Positions 17,540 to 27,283 of a stretch of DNA of 46,599 nucleotides are shown one piece after another. The notes beneath the pieces were generated by a model. The model ran no database searches. It was not told where the DNA came from and was given only the letters and a program-made list of their open reading frames with translations. The first letter of the stretch is position 1; every line of letters begins with the position of its first letter. This DNA comes from an uncultured Treponema sp. (GTDB lineage: Bacteria; Spirochaetota; Spirochaetia; Treponematales; Treponemataceae): the NCBI GenBank assembly GCA_937892225.1, contig CALAUH010000082.1, forward strand, positions 1-46,599, written 5' to 3'. Position numbers and translations under genes: made by a program.

Positions 17540-18047
17540 CAATTCTTTGTTCACCGGAGAATTCATCAAACAAACCTGGTTCATCAGGATTATTGCTACT
17601 TCTATCGGCATCCACTTTGTTATTTCCTGGTCCTTTATTTGATTTAATCTTTTCCGTAACTTTCTGGCGAAAGGAATATGCCTTAGCATAAACCTCCTCT
17701 ATAAATTCCACATCTGGAATATCTCTAAAAGAAAAATTACTTTTCTTTTTAGCAAGTTCATACCAATCTGGACCACTTAAAACAACTACATCCAAATATG
17801 CAATCATCTGCATCATATTGTAAGTAATGTTATCAAAACATTGAACAGGAATTCCCATTAATCTACTAGCACAAACCCTAGAAATTGCTTCTAAATCTCT
17901 TGCACGAGGAAATTTAATTTTAAATTCACCTCTACTAGTATCAATAGTTTCTGTTACATCTTCACCCATAACAATACTTCTGAATAAATCTCTATTCTGA
18001 ATATCTGTTAATTCTTCTTCTTTTGTTTCTAATTTTTCTAATTCCAT
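17532..18047 (-). CDS. Tail assembly chaperone
   Basis: Acidic protein between tube and tape measure; GAGG RBS before ATG 18047. Confidence 0.7.
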   Translation of the reverse strand: MELEKLETKEEELTDIQNRDLFRSIVMGEDVTETIDTSRGEFKIKFPRARDLEAISRVCASRLMGIPVQCFDNITYNMMQMIAYLDVVVLSGPDWYELAKKKSNFSFRDIPDVEFIEEVYAKAYSFRQKVTEKIKSNKGPGNNKVDADRSSNNPDEPGLFDEFSGEQRIDG

Positions 18048-18085
18048 AATTTTTTTCCTCATTAAAATATATAAAAATATATAGA

Positions 18086-18120
18086 TTGTCTTTACAAAAT
18101 ATATAATTCTGTAAAGACAA
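18086..18120 (-). terminator. Hairpin after the tail tube gene
   Basis: TTGTCTTTACA / TGTAAAGACAA 11-bp stem. Confidence 0.5.
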
Positions 18121-18130
18121 CCTAATTGAA

Positions 18131-18640
18131 TTAAATAATAGTAGTTGTATAATCTTTACCGCTAGACATTTTGATTGCTCTCATAGAAATATCTGATTTA
18201 ATATAAGAACCACCGTTAGCAGCAACGTTATACTGTTCAGGAATTACAGTTGAAAAACTTGCAATAATAGCTTTAGTTTTTTTATCATAAAAATCCATAT
18301 ATGGAAATTTAGTAATAACTTCTTCCAAAATGAAAGCATCATCATCAGGATTAAAACTTGCCAATGATACTTTACCACCACCATTAAATACCTGAGTTCC
18401 GTTGTAAACATCTTTGTTAGCAAGAAAGCCACTCATTGATACAGTACATCGAATACCCTGTGGATCAATTGATGCTGGTACAATTGAACCGCAAACGGCT
18501 GCTTCCTGTAATTGAATAGATTTACTTGCTCTAAAAGAATCGACAAATCCAACTTCCTGAGCATCAGAAGCTGTTGAGCCAACTCTTACCCAACATGAAG
18601 TACCACGTACTAACAAATCTTGTGCAATATTGTATTCCAT
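18131..18640 (-). CDS. Tail tube protein
   Basis: 169 aa, beta-rich, directly after the sheath gene. Confidence 0.8.
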   Translation of the reverse strand: MEYNIAQDLLVRGTSCWVRVGSTASDAQEVGFVDSFRASKSIQLQEAAVCGSIVPASIDPQGIRCTVSMSGFLANKDVYNGTQVFNGGGKVSLASFNPDDDAFILEEVITKFPYMDFYDKKTKAIIASFSTVIPEQYNVAANGGSYIKSDISMRAIKMSSGKDYTTTII

Positions 18641-18652
18641 TTCTTTACCTCA

Positions 18653-20404
18653 CTATAATTCAATTGTAGTTTCGTATACATGATTTACAGCCGTAATAAA
18701 TACAAAATTTCTTGGAGCTGTTAAGTATCTTGCATACTGTAAATATACTTTATCACCGCTAAATCTTACAGAAATATTCCAAACGTTATCAGTTCCTTTT
18801 GGAATAATTAAACCTGAGATTTTCCATTCATTAGCCTTATCTTTTAAAGTCTGGATAATTGCTGATTCAGAAGTGTTATTAGTTCCACCAATTCCGGTTG
18901 CAAAAGCATTACGTAAATCTCTATCCATAAATAAAGCTTCACGTGTCATACTTCTTTCAACTGAAATTAAATCACCGTTACCCTGGAATGTTGTGATTGA
19001 ACGAATACAAATAAATTCGTTTACATTTTCAGGATTAGGATTACAGCAAGTAACACCATTTTTAATAAGGTTTTCAATATTTGAAATTGTACGTTTTTTT
19101 GTAAAACTTAAAACATTGATTGTTTTATAAGTTAAAGGTTCAGCAACACTCATAGCACTTTCCATACCAGCCAACATACAAGCAATAATAGAACCGCCGA
19201 TATTTTCAGAAGTGTTATTAATTGGATTAAGTGCAACGCCTGAATCAATTACAAGTGATGCAAATTTAGAATTAAGTGATTTTGCGTAATTAATACCGTC
19301 ATCATCTGAGATATTATAATTAGTTCCTAAGAAACAAGTTCTTTCTTTTCTGTTATTTACATTACTCATTTCTATACAATGAGCAACAATCTGAGCATGA
19401 ACTAAATTATCTGTTGATGGTGTTGCAATAATCTGAATATCCTCTGTTTCAAGTTTTTCGAGTGCCAACGCCCAGCTGTTAGTTCCACTTGATCCACCAG
19501 TAAAATATGTAAATACATCACCTGTAGTATCAGGAACTAATCTTGCAATTGATAAGATTTCAACATCATCAAATAATGGAATAGATTTAATTGCGTCTAT
19601 AAATGCCTGTAAATTAGAATAGAATGTTGCACCATCTGTAAGAGGTTCATCATCAACATATTCTGAAATAACAGTAGAAGTACAACTGTCTAATTCATTT
19701 GATTTTGCCTGAGAATCTGCATCTAAAAGATTAGCCGAATATATACCGCTATCGTTGATTTTAGTAACAACGTCTTGTAAATTTGGATAATCTTCAAAAG
19801 AAATTTCTAATTTATCTTCTGTAATTTCTACATTATCTTCAAAAGCCTGTAAAGTCATTCCTTCTGTAGTAATTGTACAAGTTGCTTTATCACCTTCACC
19901 ACCATAATTGATGAAAATTGACTGTTTACCAATGTTATCAATTACTGTGTTATAATCTTTGTAACCAGCTTCAATTTTACGATAATTTGCTCCTAAACTA
20001 CCGTTAGATACCATAATTTTAATCTGATTACAATGTGAGCCATAATCAGATGATTTAATTTTGAGTACATCAGTTTCAGAGTTTTTAAGTGTTACAGTTG
20101 ACTGTAAACCGTTATTAACTCTCATAGCGTATACTTTCTGTGGAATGTATACATTAGAACCTTTGAAAGCATAACCGATTCCTTTTAATAATTCACCGTC
20201 AATAAGTGTATCTTTAGCTTCTGAAAGTGAATTAAACTGTAAAAGTTCAAGCGGTTTTCCTCCCATTGAATTACCTAAAATTACAAGGTTTCCAGATGAT
20301 ACACCAGATGGACTTGTAATATTAGAACTTCTTGAATATACGCCAGGTACATAATGCTGAGAAATTTGACCTGCCGATTCAAATATTGCTGGACTTACTC
20401 CCAT
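18653..20404 (-). CDS. Tail sheath protein
   Basis: VPGVYS N-terminal motif, EPLTYK, IRSITT; 583 aa. Confidence 0.92.
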   Translation of the reverse strand: MGVSPAIFESAGQISQHYVPGVYSRSSNITSPSGVSSGNLVILGNSMGGKPLELLQFNSLSEAKDTLIDGELLKGIGYAFKGSNVYIPQKVYAMRVNNGLQSTVTLKNSETDVLKIKSSDYGSHCNQIKIMVSNGSLGANYRKIEAGYKDYNTVIDNIGKQSIFINYGGEGDKATCTITTEGMTLQAFEDNVEITEDKLEISFEDYPNLQDVVTKINDSGIYSANLLDADSQAKSNELDSCTSTVISEYVDDEPLTDGATFYSNLQAFIDAIKSIPLFDDVEILSIARLVPDTTGDVFTYFTGGSSGTNSWALALEKLETEDIQIIATPSTDNLVHAQIVAHCIEMSNVNNRKERTCFLGTNYNISDDDGINYAKSLNSKFASLVIDSGVALNPINNTSENIGGSIIACMLAGMESAMSVAEPLTYKTINVLSFTKKRTISNIENLIKNGVTCCNPNPENVNEFICIRSITTFQGNGDLISVERSMTREALFMDRDLRNAFATGIGGTNNTSESAIIQTLKDKANEWKISGLIIPKGTDNVWNISVRFSGDKVYLQYARYLTAPRNFVFITAVNHVYETTIEL

Positions 20405-20421
20405 TTTTTTGCCTCCTTAAT

Positions 20422-20709
20422 TTAATTAGTTATTCCTAATCGTTTTTTAATATTTGCTACAATTTTATCCCAATCAGCAATTGTATGTTGTTCTTTTGAA
20501 TATTGTGATTTCAATGCTGCTTCAACATACTTATTCTGTGGATAACGCTGTAAATAATAAGTTAATCCATAAGTCTTTGTTTTAGCCATTAAACTTACAT
20601 CCTCCACTTTTTTTATTGATTTTTCAGGTTGTTTTATTTCCTGAACCACTTTTTTTTCATCAGTAGAAAAATTAATTTCTTCCTGAATTATCTCTTTACT
20701 CTTTGACAT
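20422..20709 (-). CDS. Hypothetical protein upstream of the sheath gene
   Basis: GGAGGT RBS; in-operon position. Confidence 0.7.
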   Translation of the reverse strand: MSKSKEIIQEEINFSTDEKKVVQEIKQPEKSIKKVEDVSLMAKTKTYGLTYYLQRYPQNKYVEAALKSQYSKEQHTIADWDKIVANIKKRLGITN

Positions 20710-21517
20710 GATTAATTACCTCCACGATAATATCCTTATTTAATTCTGTAATTTCTGTATCAAATATATATTGAGCAACGTTATAATCAACATCAAAAGA
20801 AATATGACTTCCATAAAGCAAAGTATCAAAATCAAAATTATAATTTGAACCTCTTTCACCTGATACTGAATTATCAAAAATACTACAATCAAAACAACTA
20901 TATTGTTCCTGTAAAACTTTTTCTAAACTACTGGTACATAAAAGTCTTAAATGTTCATATAATTCATTTTTTAGTTGATTGTTTTCACACCAAATTTCTA
21001 TTGATACTTTATCACGCCTTCTTGAATTAACCTGTATTCCGTAAACTTTACCTGGTATATCCTGAGAAGTTCTTGAATCTGCTATTTCTTTTAATTTTGC
21101 AACTCTTGACGGATCACTTATTAAAATAAATCCTGGAATTCTCTCTCTTTGAATTACACCGCCTTTTTTAATTACTTCAACTTCTCCATTAGAATTTATT
21201 TTTGTTTTATCTCTCATTCCTAAATTGATAAAATTATCTAATTCTGTAGAAGTCATACCGATTCCAAAAGTCTGATTAGGTACATTTGCTAAATCACCAG
21301 GTTTAGAATCAGATTGAGTTGATACTACTATTGCTGGAAATGTATCACTTGCCCTGATATGTTCATCTACAATCATGTGTGCAAAAGGATGATCATTGAC
21401 TACAGATATATGAAAATTACCGTAAACTTCGTCTAAATGAAGTCTATCAATATATCGTTTCATAACATCTGCGAGTGCCTGTTCTAATACAAAACCAAAA
21501 TTTATATAATATACCAT
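20696..21517 (-). CDS. Tail terminator/completion-like protein
   Basis: FPAIVV motif, position before the sheath; start MVYYIN after GAGG. Confidence 0.55.
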   Translation of the reverse strand: MVYYINFGFVLEQALADVMKRYIDRLHLDEVYGNFHISVVNDHPFAHMIVDEHIRASDTFPAIVVSTQSDSKPGDLANVPNQTFGIGMTSTELDNFINLGMRDKTKINSNGEVEVIKKGGVIQRERIPGFILISDPSRVAKLKEIADSRTSQDIPGKVYGIQVNSRRRDKVSIEIWCENNQLKNELYEHLRLLCTSSLEKVLQEQYSCFDCSIFDNSVSGERGSNYNFDFDTLLYGSHISFDVDYNVAQYIFDTEITELNKDIIVEVINHVKE

Positions 21518-21532
21518 AAAACCTCTCAGGTT

Positions 21533-21630
21533 AAAAAAAAAGACAGCCATAAATTTACTAGAAATTTATAGCTGCCTTTAAGACACACTTAATCTATAAA
21601 TATTATAAATTAATAATCGTTATACGTCAA
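21533..21630 (-). promoter_or_regulatory. Conserved late leader, copy 2
   Basis: TTGACG-17-TATAAT, then AGTGTGTCTTAAAGGCAGCTATAAATTTCTAGTAAATTTATGGCTGTC-T9. Confidence 0.85.
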
Positions 21631-21633
21631 TTA

Positions 21634-22464
21634 TTAAAACATATTACCTATATCTGCTCTAATTCCTGATTCAATAATCTTTTCAACATTATCTTTAACA
21701 GTTCTTCTCAAAGCTCCTAACATATCAACGGCATCTGTTCCATCACGCCAGTATAACCATGTTCCCTGAGGTGATTTTGCCGAAATAACTCTAAATGTAA
21801 AATATGTACTTCCTCTTACATCTTTCATTCTAACCATACCGACACTTCTATCATCAAAAGCATCATCAGGTTTTAATCTGTCTTTCCAGGTATAAGAAGC
21901 ACGTTCAATAAGTTCTCCACTTGCATTTTTTTCAAGCCTAGGTTTACTTCCTTTAGGCATAACTTCACTCATTAACATACCTTTTATTACAGTTTCATAA
22001 TTTTTCTGTGGAATTACATTATTCCATCTTCTTTTAGTTCCTTTTCCATTAGGACTTGCCCACCTGAAAGGAATAATTAAATAAGGAATTCCTTTTTTAC
22101 TTACCCTGCTTTTTTTTCCGTATGGATGCGTTTGTTTCATATCATAATATACAGGATTTTTACCGTTTTGAATTTCATTAAGTCTATCAGATGTTGCCGA
22201 TACAGATGAATGAAAATCATCTTTATCTGTAATTCTAAAATTTACATCTTTAGGTTTTAACGGTTTTTCAAGTGCATCAATACCGTCTAATTTATCGTTT
22301 CCGTATAAATAATTTGACCATACATTTTGAATATACTGAGCCGATTGATGAAAAGCATTAGAAGTATTAGGTAAAACTTCTTTATTTGCAGCACCGATTT
22401 TAGTTATATAATTATTAAGAGTATTAAGACTATCTAAATCAAAATCAAGACTTATTTTATCCAT
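21634..22464 (-). CDS. Neck/tail completion protein
   Basis: YDMK, YLIIPFR, YFTFRVIS.KS...W motifs typical of myovirus neck-region proteins. Confidence 0.65.
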   Translation of the reverse strand: MDKISLDFDLDSLNTLNNYITKIGAANKEVLPNTSNAFHQSAQYIQNVWSNYLYGNDKLDGIDALEKPLKPKDVNFRITDKDDFHSSVSATSDRLNEIQNGKNPVYYDMKQTHPYGKKSRVSKKGIPYLIIPFRWASPNGKGTKRRWNNVIPQKNYETVIKGMLMSEVMPKGSKPRLEKNASGELIERASYTWKDRLKPDDAFDDRSVGMVRMKDVRGSTYFTFRVISAKSPQGTWLYWRDGTDAVDMLGALRRTVKDNVEKIIESGIRADIGNMF

Positions 22465-22466
22465 AA

Positions 22467-23720
22467 CTAATAACTTCCATCGTAACCATTTCTACCGATA
22501 GCCTGAATATTTGCTCCGAGTTTTTCACTATATGTAGTAAATAATTTTACAACCGCTTTTTTAGGAAAACGTTGATTTTCACTTGTTCTTAACTGAGGAA
22601 TTTGTTTTACAACTTTATATGTTGGTAAAACATGATAAGAAATAGAATAAGTATCTGATACATCAGGATAATTACTATTTTCTGTTTCAAGCCATTTGAT
22701 TTTATTATTTGCTACAATTACAAAATCTATACCTTCTTTATATTCTACAATCTGACCATTTTGAATTCCAGTACAACTAATTATATCGTAAACGAAATAA
22801 ACGCCTAAAACATCAAATTCACAATCTTGTCTTATCATTACTTCTTTATTTGTATAACTTCCAGATAAAACTGTCAAAACATCGTCATTAGAAACATCAC
22901 ACTCATAAGGAAATGTTAAAACAGCATCACCCTGAAAATCTGCAACAGCCTGAATATCTGCTTGACTTAAATTCTGATTTAATAAAGCAAAAATAAAAGG
23001 TGGTATATATTTTATTCCTTGACAAGTAATAGGTTCTGCAATAGGAATTTCAGTTATTATTTTTTCTCCGGTTTCATCATCAATTGTTTCTTCAATATGA
23101 TTCTCAATCCTAAACTGATTTAATCGGAATTCTTTAGGTTCATATTCTAAACCATTTGCATCTGTAATTTTATCTATATGTAAAATATCACCAACTGAAT
23201 TATGATATAAACCATCAATATTAGTTTTACCTACTTTTAATTCTTCTATTATATAATAACCTAAATTATTTTTAATCGGTTGAACTTGCTCTAATTCCTG
23301 TTCAATTTTTTTTCTTAAAACTACAGTATAATAAGTTCCTTTTACTAAATTATGAGATTCATTAAGTGTTACAAATAAACCATTTTTTTCAGCATTTTCT
23401 AATCTGTTTCCATTAAAATCATAAACTTCTATTAATTCACAATCTTCTTTATCTGAATTTAATGTTAATATCTGTTTTGCTGCATCTTGTAAAATTGTAT
23501 TTTCATAAACTATTTGAGATTTTTGATATTTATATGTATATCCTCGACCAGAACAGAAAGGACATCTAATATCAGGTTGCATATTTCCTGATTGAACACA
23601 ACTACATTTTGAAGCCGACCTCCATCTAATCCATTGACCATGACGTTCAATCAGTGCTTCATAATTATCTTTACCCAGTGTTAATACTACAGGTGTATTT
23701 CTGCCTAAGCCTTGACCCAT
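22467..23720 (-). CDS. Head-tail connector/closure protein with a Cys cluster
   Basis: CSC...CPFCSGRG motif as in SPO1/K-like neck proteins; position. Confidence 0.65.
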   Translation of the reverse strand: MGQGLGRNTPVVLTLGKDNYEALIERHGQWIRWRSASKCSCVQSGNMQPDIRCPFCSGRGYTYKYQKSQIVYENTILQDAAKQILTLNSDKEDCELIEVYDFNGNRLENAEKNGLFVTLNESHNLVKGTYYTVVLRKKIEQELEQVQPIKNNLGYYIIEELKVGKTNIDGLYHNSVGDILHIDKITDANGLEYEPKEFRLNQFRIENHIEETIDDETGEKIITEIPIAEPITCQGIKYIPPFIFALLNQNLSQADIQAVADFQGDAVLTFPYECDVSNDDVLTVLSGSYTNKEVMIRQDCEFDVLGVYFVYDIISCTGIQNGQIVEYKEGIDFVIVANNKIKWLETENSNYPDVSDTYSISYHVLPTYKVVKQIPQLRTSENQRFPKKAVVKLFTTYSEKLGANIQAIGRNGYDGSY

Positions 23721-23737
23721 GATATTACCTCTTAACT

Positions 23738-23771
23738 AAAAAAAAATCCGGTTTTTTGGAAAGGACCGGAA
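23738..23771 (-). terminator. Intrinsic terminator after the head genes
   Basis: Minus strand TCCGGT-loop-ACCGGA followed by T9. Confidence 0.65.
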
Positions 23772-23811
23772 AAACCTTATTGTAAACCCGATGAAAAAAT
23801 TATGAAAAACA

Positions 23812-24009
23812 TCAGGTTGCAACTTTCACGTTACCGTCTGATCCAATAACCAATGCCTTTCCACTCTGAGAAGCTGTAGCCGATAATACACCTGCTAATT
23901 TTGTTTCAAGTGCATCAACGCTATCTACTAATTTTGTAAGAGTTTCTGCTGTCATTGAACCAACAGGACAAGCCTTTTCAATTTTTCTAGGATTAAATAA
24001 TCTTTTCAT
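23812..24009 (-). CDS. Small head-associated protein with an IEKA motif
   Basis: AGGAGG RBS before ATG 24009; MKRLFNPRKIEKA... Confidence 0.65.
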   Translation of the reverse strand: MKRLFNPRKIEKACPVGSMTAETLTKLVDSVDALETKLAGVLSATASQSGKALVIGSDGNVKVAT

Positions 24010-24022
24010 TTTTAAGAGCCTC

Positions 24023-25171
24023 CTATAAACATCCGATTTTGTAAAAACCGAATTTAAATTTATTTTCTTCAAAATAAGATTCTAAATCTTTTTTATATTC
24101 TGCAATTCTAGCTCCAAAGTAAGCACTAGTAGCTGACTGAGTAGAACTGAATGATTCACTAATTCCATCCATACTTAAAGAAGAACTACTAAAACCTGAC
24201 ATAAGACCATCACCGATTACGTTTAGTAATGATACGGCAGCGACCTTTCCTATAATTTGTCTTAAATCGTTAGGTATTTCATCGCTATTTCTATAACCTG
24301 CCGAATAATTAATAGAATAAAATAAATGCGGTTGTAATGTTTCAGTACCCCATCGACTTATTGCTGTCTGAATATTTTTAGTTGTGTCATTAGGCATAAA
24401 TGCCCTATCTAAAAATTTAATTATTCCATTTTTTCTATCAATTGTAGTTGAATTTAATAAATCCTTATCTTCACCACGATTGATTAAAGTACATCTAGTT
24501 AAATCTAAAACAGGTCTATGTTTAGTCTGTATCATTCCGTATCTACTTATTTTTCTTGTTGAATAATCATATAATGCTTCTTCTTCATCATAATCTATAT
24601 TTTTTTCAAATTTCTTTGCCTGATCTTCACAATAATATACTCTTTTTATTAAATTAATATTTAATTTTCTTTCAACTTCTTTTGTAGCGGCATCAATAAA
24701 CCATTGTATTTGTTCATCTGTAAAAAAAGTGCCGTTAGTTGCCTTAAAATCTGTTCCCCAGAGAAAAGTATAACGTTCATCATCTGGAGTAATTGCTGTT
24801 CCCCAAGAACCTTCTGGAGCATGATAATTATTGAAAGAATACCCGATATTATCAGGTGTTCCAAATTTTACCCATTTTGAAAATACAAAATCATTCCATT
24901 CTGGTGTTTCCTTATCAGATGGATAATATCTGTATTGATATAACCCATCTGTTAAGTTATCAGAATCAAGAAAATCACCTAAAGAAATAGGTAAAGGTTC
25001 TAAAGGTTCTTCTCTTTCTATAGATAAATCGGCAAAACCGTTAATTGTCCAGGTTAACCATATTCTTTGAGAATCATTCTTTTCCCTTTGTAATATAAAT
25101 GTACTGAATCTTGTATCATTTGATATACTAACGAGAATTTTGTTACTTAAACTTTCAACGGTTATTGCCAT
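24023..25171 (-). CDS. Head-tail adaptor protein
   Basis: YSAGY...IPNDL, SSSLSMDGISES motifs; directly after the capsid gene. Confidence 0.7.
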   Translation of the reverse strand: MAITVESLSNKILVSISNDTRFSTFILQREKNDSQRIWLTWTINGFADLSIEREEPLEPLPISLGDFLDSDNLTDGLYQYRYYPSDKETPEWNDFVFSKWVKFGTPDNIGYSFNNYHAPEGSWGTAITPDDERYTFLWGTDFKATNGTFFTDEQIQWFIDAATKEVERKLNINLIKRVYYCEDQAKKFEKNIDYDEEEALYDYSTRKISRYGMIQTKHRPVLDLTRCTLINRGEDKDLLNSTTIDRKNGIIKFLDRAFMPNDTTKNIQTAISRWGTETLQPHLFYSINYSAGYRNSDEIPNDLRQIIGKVAAVSLLNVIGDGLMSGFSSSSLSMDGISESFSSTQSATSAYFGARIAEYKKDLESYFEENKFKFGFYKIGCL

Positions 25172-25189
25172 AAATTACCTCAATATCTA

Positions 25190-26650
25190 TTAATAAAGAC
25201 CGTTTTTATAACCAACGTTCTTAATCATAGCATTAAATTCTGGAGCTCTTACTTCTAAGTTACCGTAAAGAGCAACTACACCATGATGAGTAAGTGCTGA
25301 ATTTGTAGGTAAATCGAAGTTAGATAATCCCATCAACTGAGCAAAAGAAGTATTAGGCATCATTTCTTCTGTGTTAGGTGTAAGAAGTACAATCTGTGCT
25401 GTTCCTGGTAAATCTTCGTTGTAATCAACATAAGTTGTAGTAGAATCAGAACCCTTCTTAATTCTAACCATTTCCATAAGTGTAGAACCACCAGCACTAG
25501 TACGAGTAATAATAAATCCAGTTGCAGCCTGTCCGTTTGTATCAGGTGTAATTGTTAATGTTACTTTCTGTCCAGTAGATACGGATGTTGAACTTGTAGT
25601 TGCGGCTGCCGAAATTCCATACTGATTAATTGCATGAACACCCCAAATATAATTACCAGCAAAAGAAGCTGTAAAACTTCCTGGAGCCGAATCACCAGCA
25701 CTAGCTGCGGTTGCTGTAATAGAAGTTGGTGTATTAGGTCTTTTAGCTGAATCACCTGCTGCTACAATAGGACCTTTAACTTTGAACATCTTATCTGCAC
25801 CACAATCATCTGTAATACGAATTGTAGAACCGATTGCTGTAACTAAATCAGGTAATTTATTCAATGCAAATTTATTATCCTGAGTTGTTAAGCGAAGTCT
25901 ATCAGAATAAAGTTCCTTAAACTGTGCTGCCAAAACTGGTGGGAAATATGCTTCCTGTAAATCACCACCTTTGTTATATACAATTTCAGAAATTTCATCA
26001 AAAGTAGATTCATCAAAAGACATATCAATATCACTTGCTGAACTTGTTTCACCAATTTCCAAACCACGTGCATCAAATACTGTTGATCTGAGTTTTTCAG
26101 ATACATCTGTATTTTTAGCCGAATCTTCAATAATTTTTAACAAACCATCAAACTGTTTAGGTGATGCTGCTGAGTTACCATGGAAAATAGCTCTTTCTGC
26201 TGCTTTAGAAACACGCATTGTAGCAGCAAGTTTCTGCTGATTGATTGGATTAGTTGCATTATTTGTCATTGTTAATGGATGAGATACCTGCCATTCACTA
26301 GACAAATATTTTGTTTCATAAACTTTTCTCTGGAATTCTGCGTCATCAATAGATGCCATTTCATTTTCACCATTGAAAAGGAATTCTTCACTACCAACAG
26401 AAGTCTGACGATTAATCTGGTGAACAGTAGAAGATACTGGCTGTTTATGAAGTTTATGGAATACTTTTAAATCTGCCTGTTTTACATCAAGAACAGAAAC
26501 GAGAGTTGCTTCCAAATCTTCTCTCTGTAATGCTCTACCACCTTCATAAGATGCTGCATCTGTACCGTAACCAGCTTCAAGTGCTTTTTCAAGGTCCATA
26601 TTCTGTGAACCTACTTCAAATTCGTTATCAGAATCAAAAATGTTTCCCAT
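25190..26650 (-). CDS. Major capsid protein (SPO1/A511/K-like)
   Basis: KAL.AGYG...GGRALQREDLE N-terminus, FHG...QFDGL, ends IKNVG. Confidence 0.92.
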   Translation of the reverse strand: MGNIFDSDNEFEVGSQNMDLEKALEAGYGTDAASYEGGRALQREDLEATLVSVLDVKQADLKVFHKLHKQPVSSTVHQINRQTSVGSEEFLFNGENEMASIDDAEFQRKVYETKYLSSEWQVSHPLTMTNNATNPINQQKLAATMRVSKAAERAIFHGNSAASPKQFDGLLKIIEDSAKNTDVSEKLRSTVFDARGLEIGETSSASDIDMSFDESTFDEISEIVYNKGGDLQEAYFPPVLAAQFKELYSDRLRLTTQDNKFALNKLPDLVTAIGSTIRITDDCGADKMFKVKGPIVAAGDSAKRPNTPTSITATAASAGDSAPGSFTASFAGNYIWGVHAINQYGISAAATTSSTSVSTGQKVTLTITPDTNGQAATGFIITRTSAGGSTLMEMVRIKKGSDSTTTYVDYNEDLPGTAQIVLLTPNTEEMMPNTSFAQLMGLSNFDLPTNSALTHHGVVALYGNLEVRAPEFNAMIKNVGYKNGLY

Positions 26651-26662
26651 TTTTCTATCCTC

Positions 26663-27283
26663 CTAGTTATTGTTTTTAACAATAGTTTTAATTTTTGCCC
26701 AAACATTTGAGCTAATTTTGTTGCCTTTCATAGCTTTCTGGAATTCAGTATTGTAGAATCCAACTTCTTCAAGACCAATTTCACCTTTTTTAGCACTAGC
26801 TACTAAAGCGGATTTAAGAATTTCAAAATCTTCATTAGTAGGTTTAATTAAAATAGGTGTATTTCCTACAGCATTATCCTTACCAATAGATTTTTCAACA
26901 ACAGTCTGACGTGATACTGGAGTTTTAAGATAATCACCAAAACTCTTTGTTACATCAATCATGTTGTTCTGCAATTCTTCAATTGATTTTTTCAAACAAG
27001 AAATTTCTTCTTTCTGAGAATCAATTGTTTCTGCCATTGATTTCATCAATTCAGTTGCATCAAGATAATCAGATTCTTCATCATTCATTGATTTTTTTAC
27101 GCCACATTTTTCAATCTTTTCATCTTCAGAAACATAATCTGTTTCTTCATCATCAAATAATGTATCATCTGTTACTTCTTCATCTTCTGAATCCATTTTT
27201 TTCTTCTTTTTATCTTCTTCAGGATTTTCCTTAAAAGATTTAAGAAGTTCATCAATTGTAGAACTAAAATTTCCTTTAGCCAT
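26663..27283 (-). CDS. Nested in-frame scaffold protein
   Basis: GGAGG RBS upstream of internal ATG 27283 (MAKGNFSS...). Confidence 0.6.
   Translation of the reverse strand: MAKGNFSSTIDELLKSFKENPEEDKKKKKMDSEDEEVTDDTLFDDEETDYVSEDEKIEKCGVKKSMNDEESDYLDATELMKSMAETIDSQKEEISCLKKSIEELQNNMIDVTKSFGDYLKTPVSRQTVVEKSIGKDNAVGNTPILIKPTNEDFEILKSALVASAKKGEIGLEEVGFYNTEFQKAMKGNKISSNVWAKIKTIVKNNN

Noticed and set aside
17363..17689. Programmed frameshift joining the two tail chaperone ORFs
   Set aside because: The overlap exists but I found no convincing slippery heptamer; an overlapping ATG at 17539 explains the second ORF
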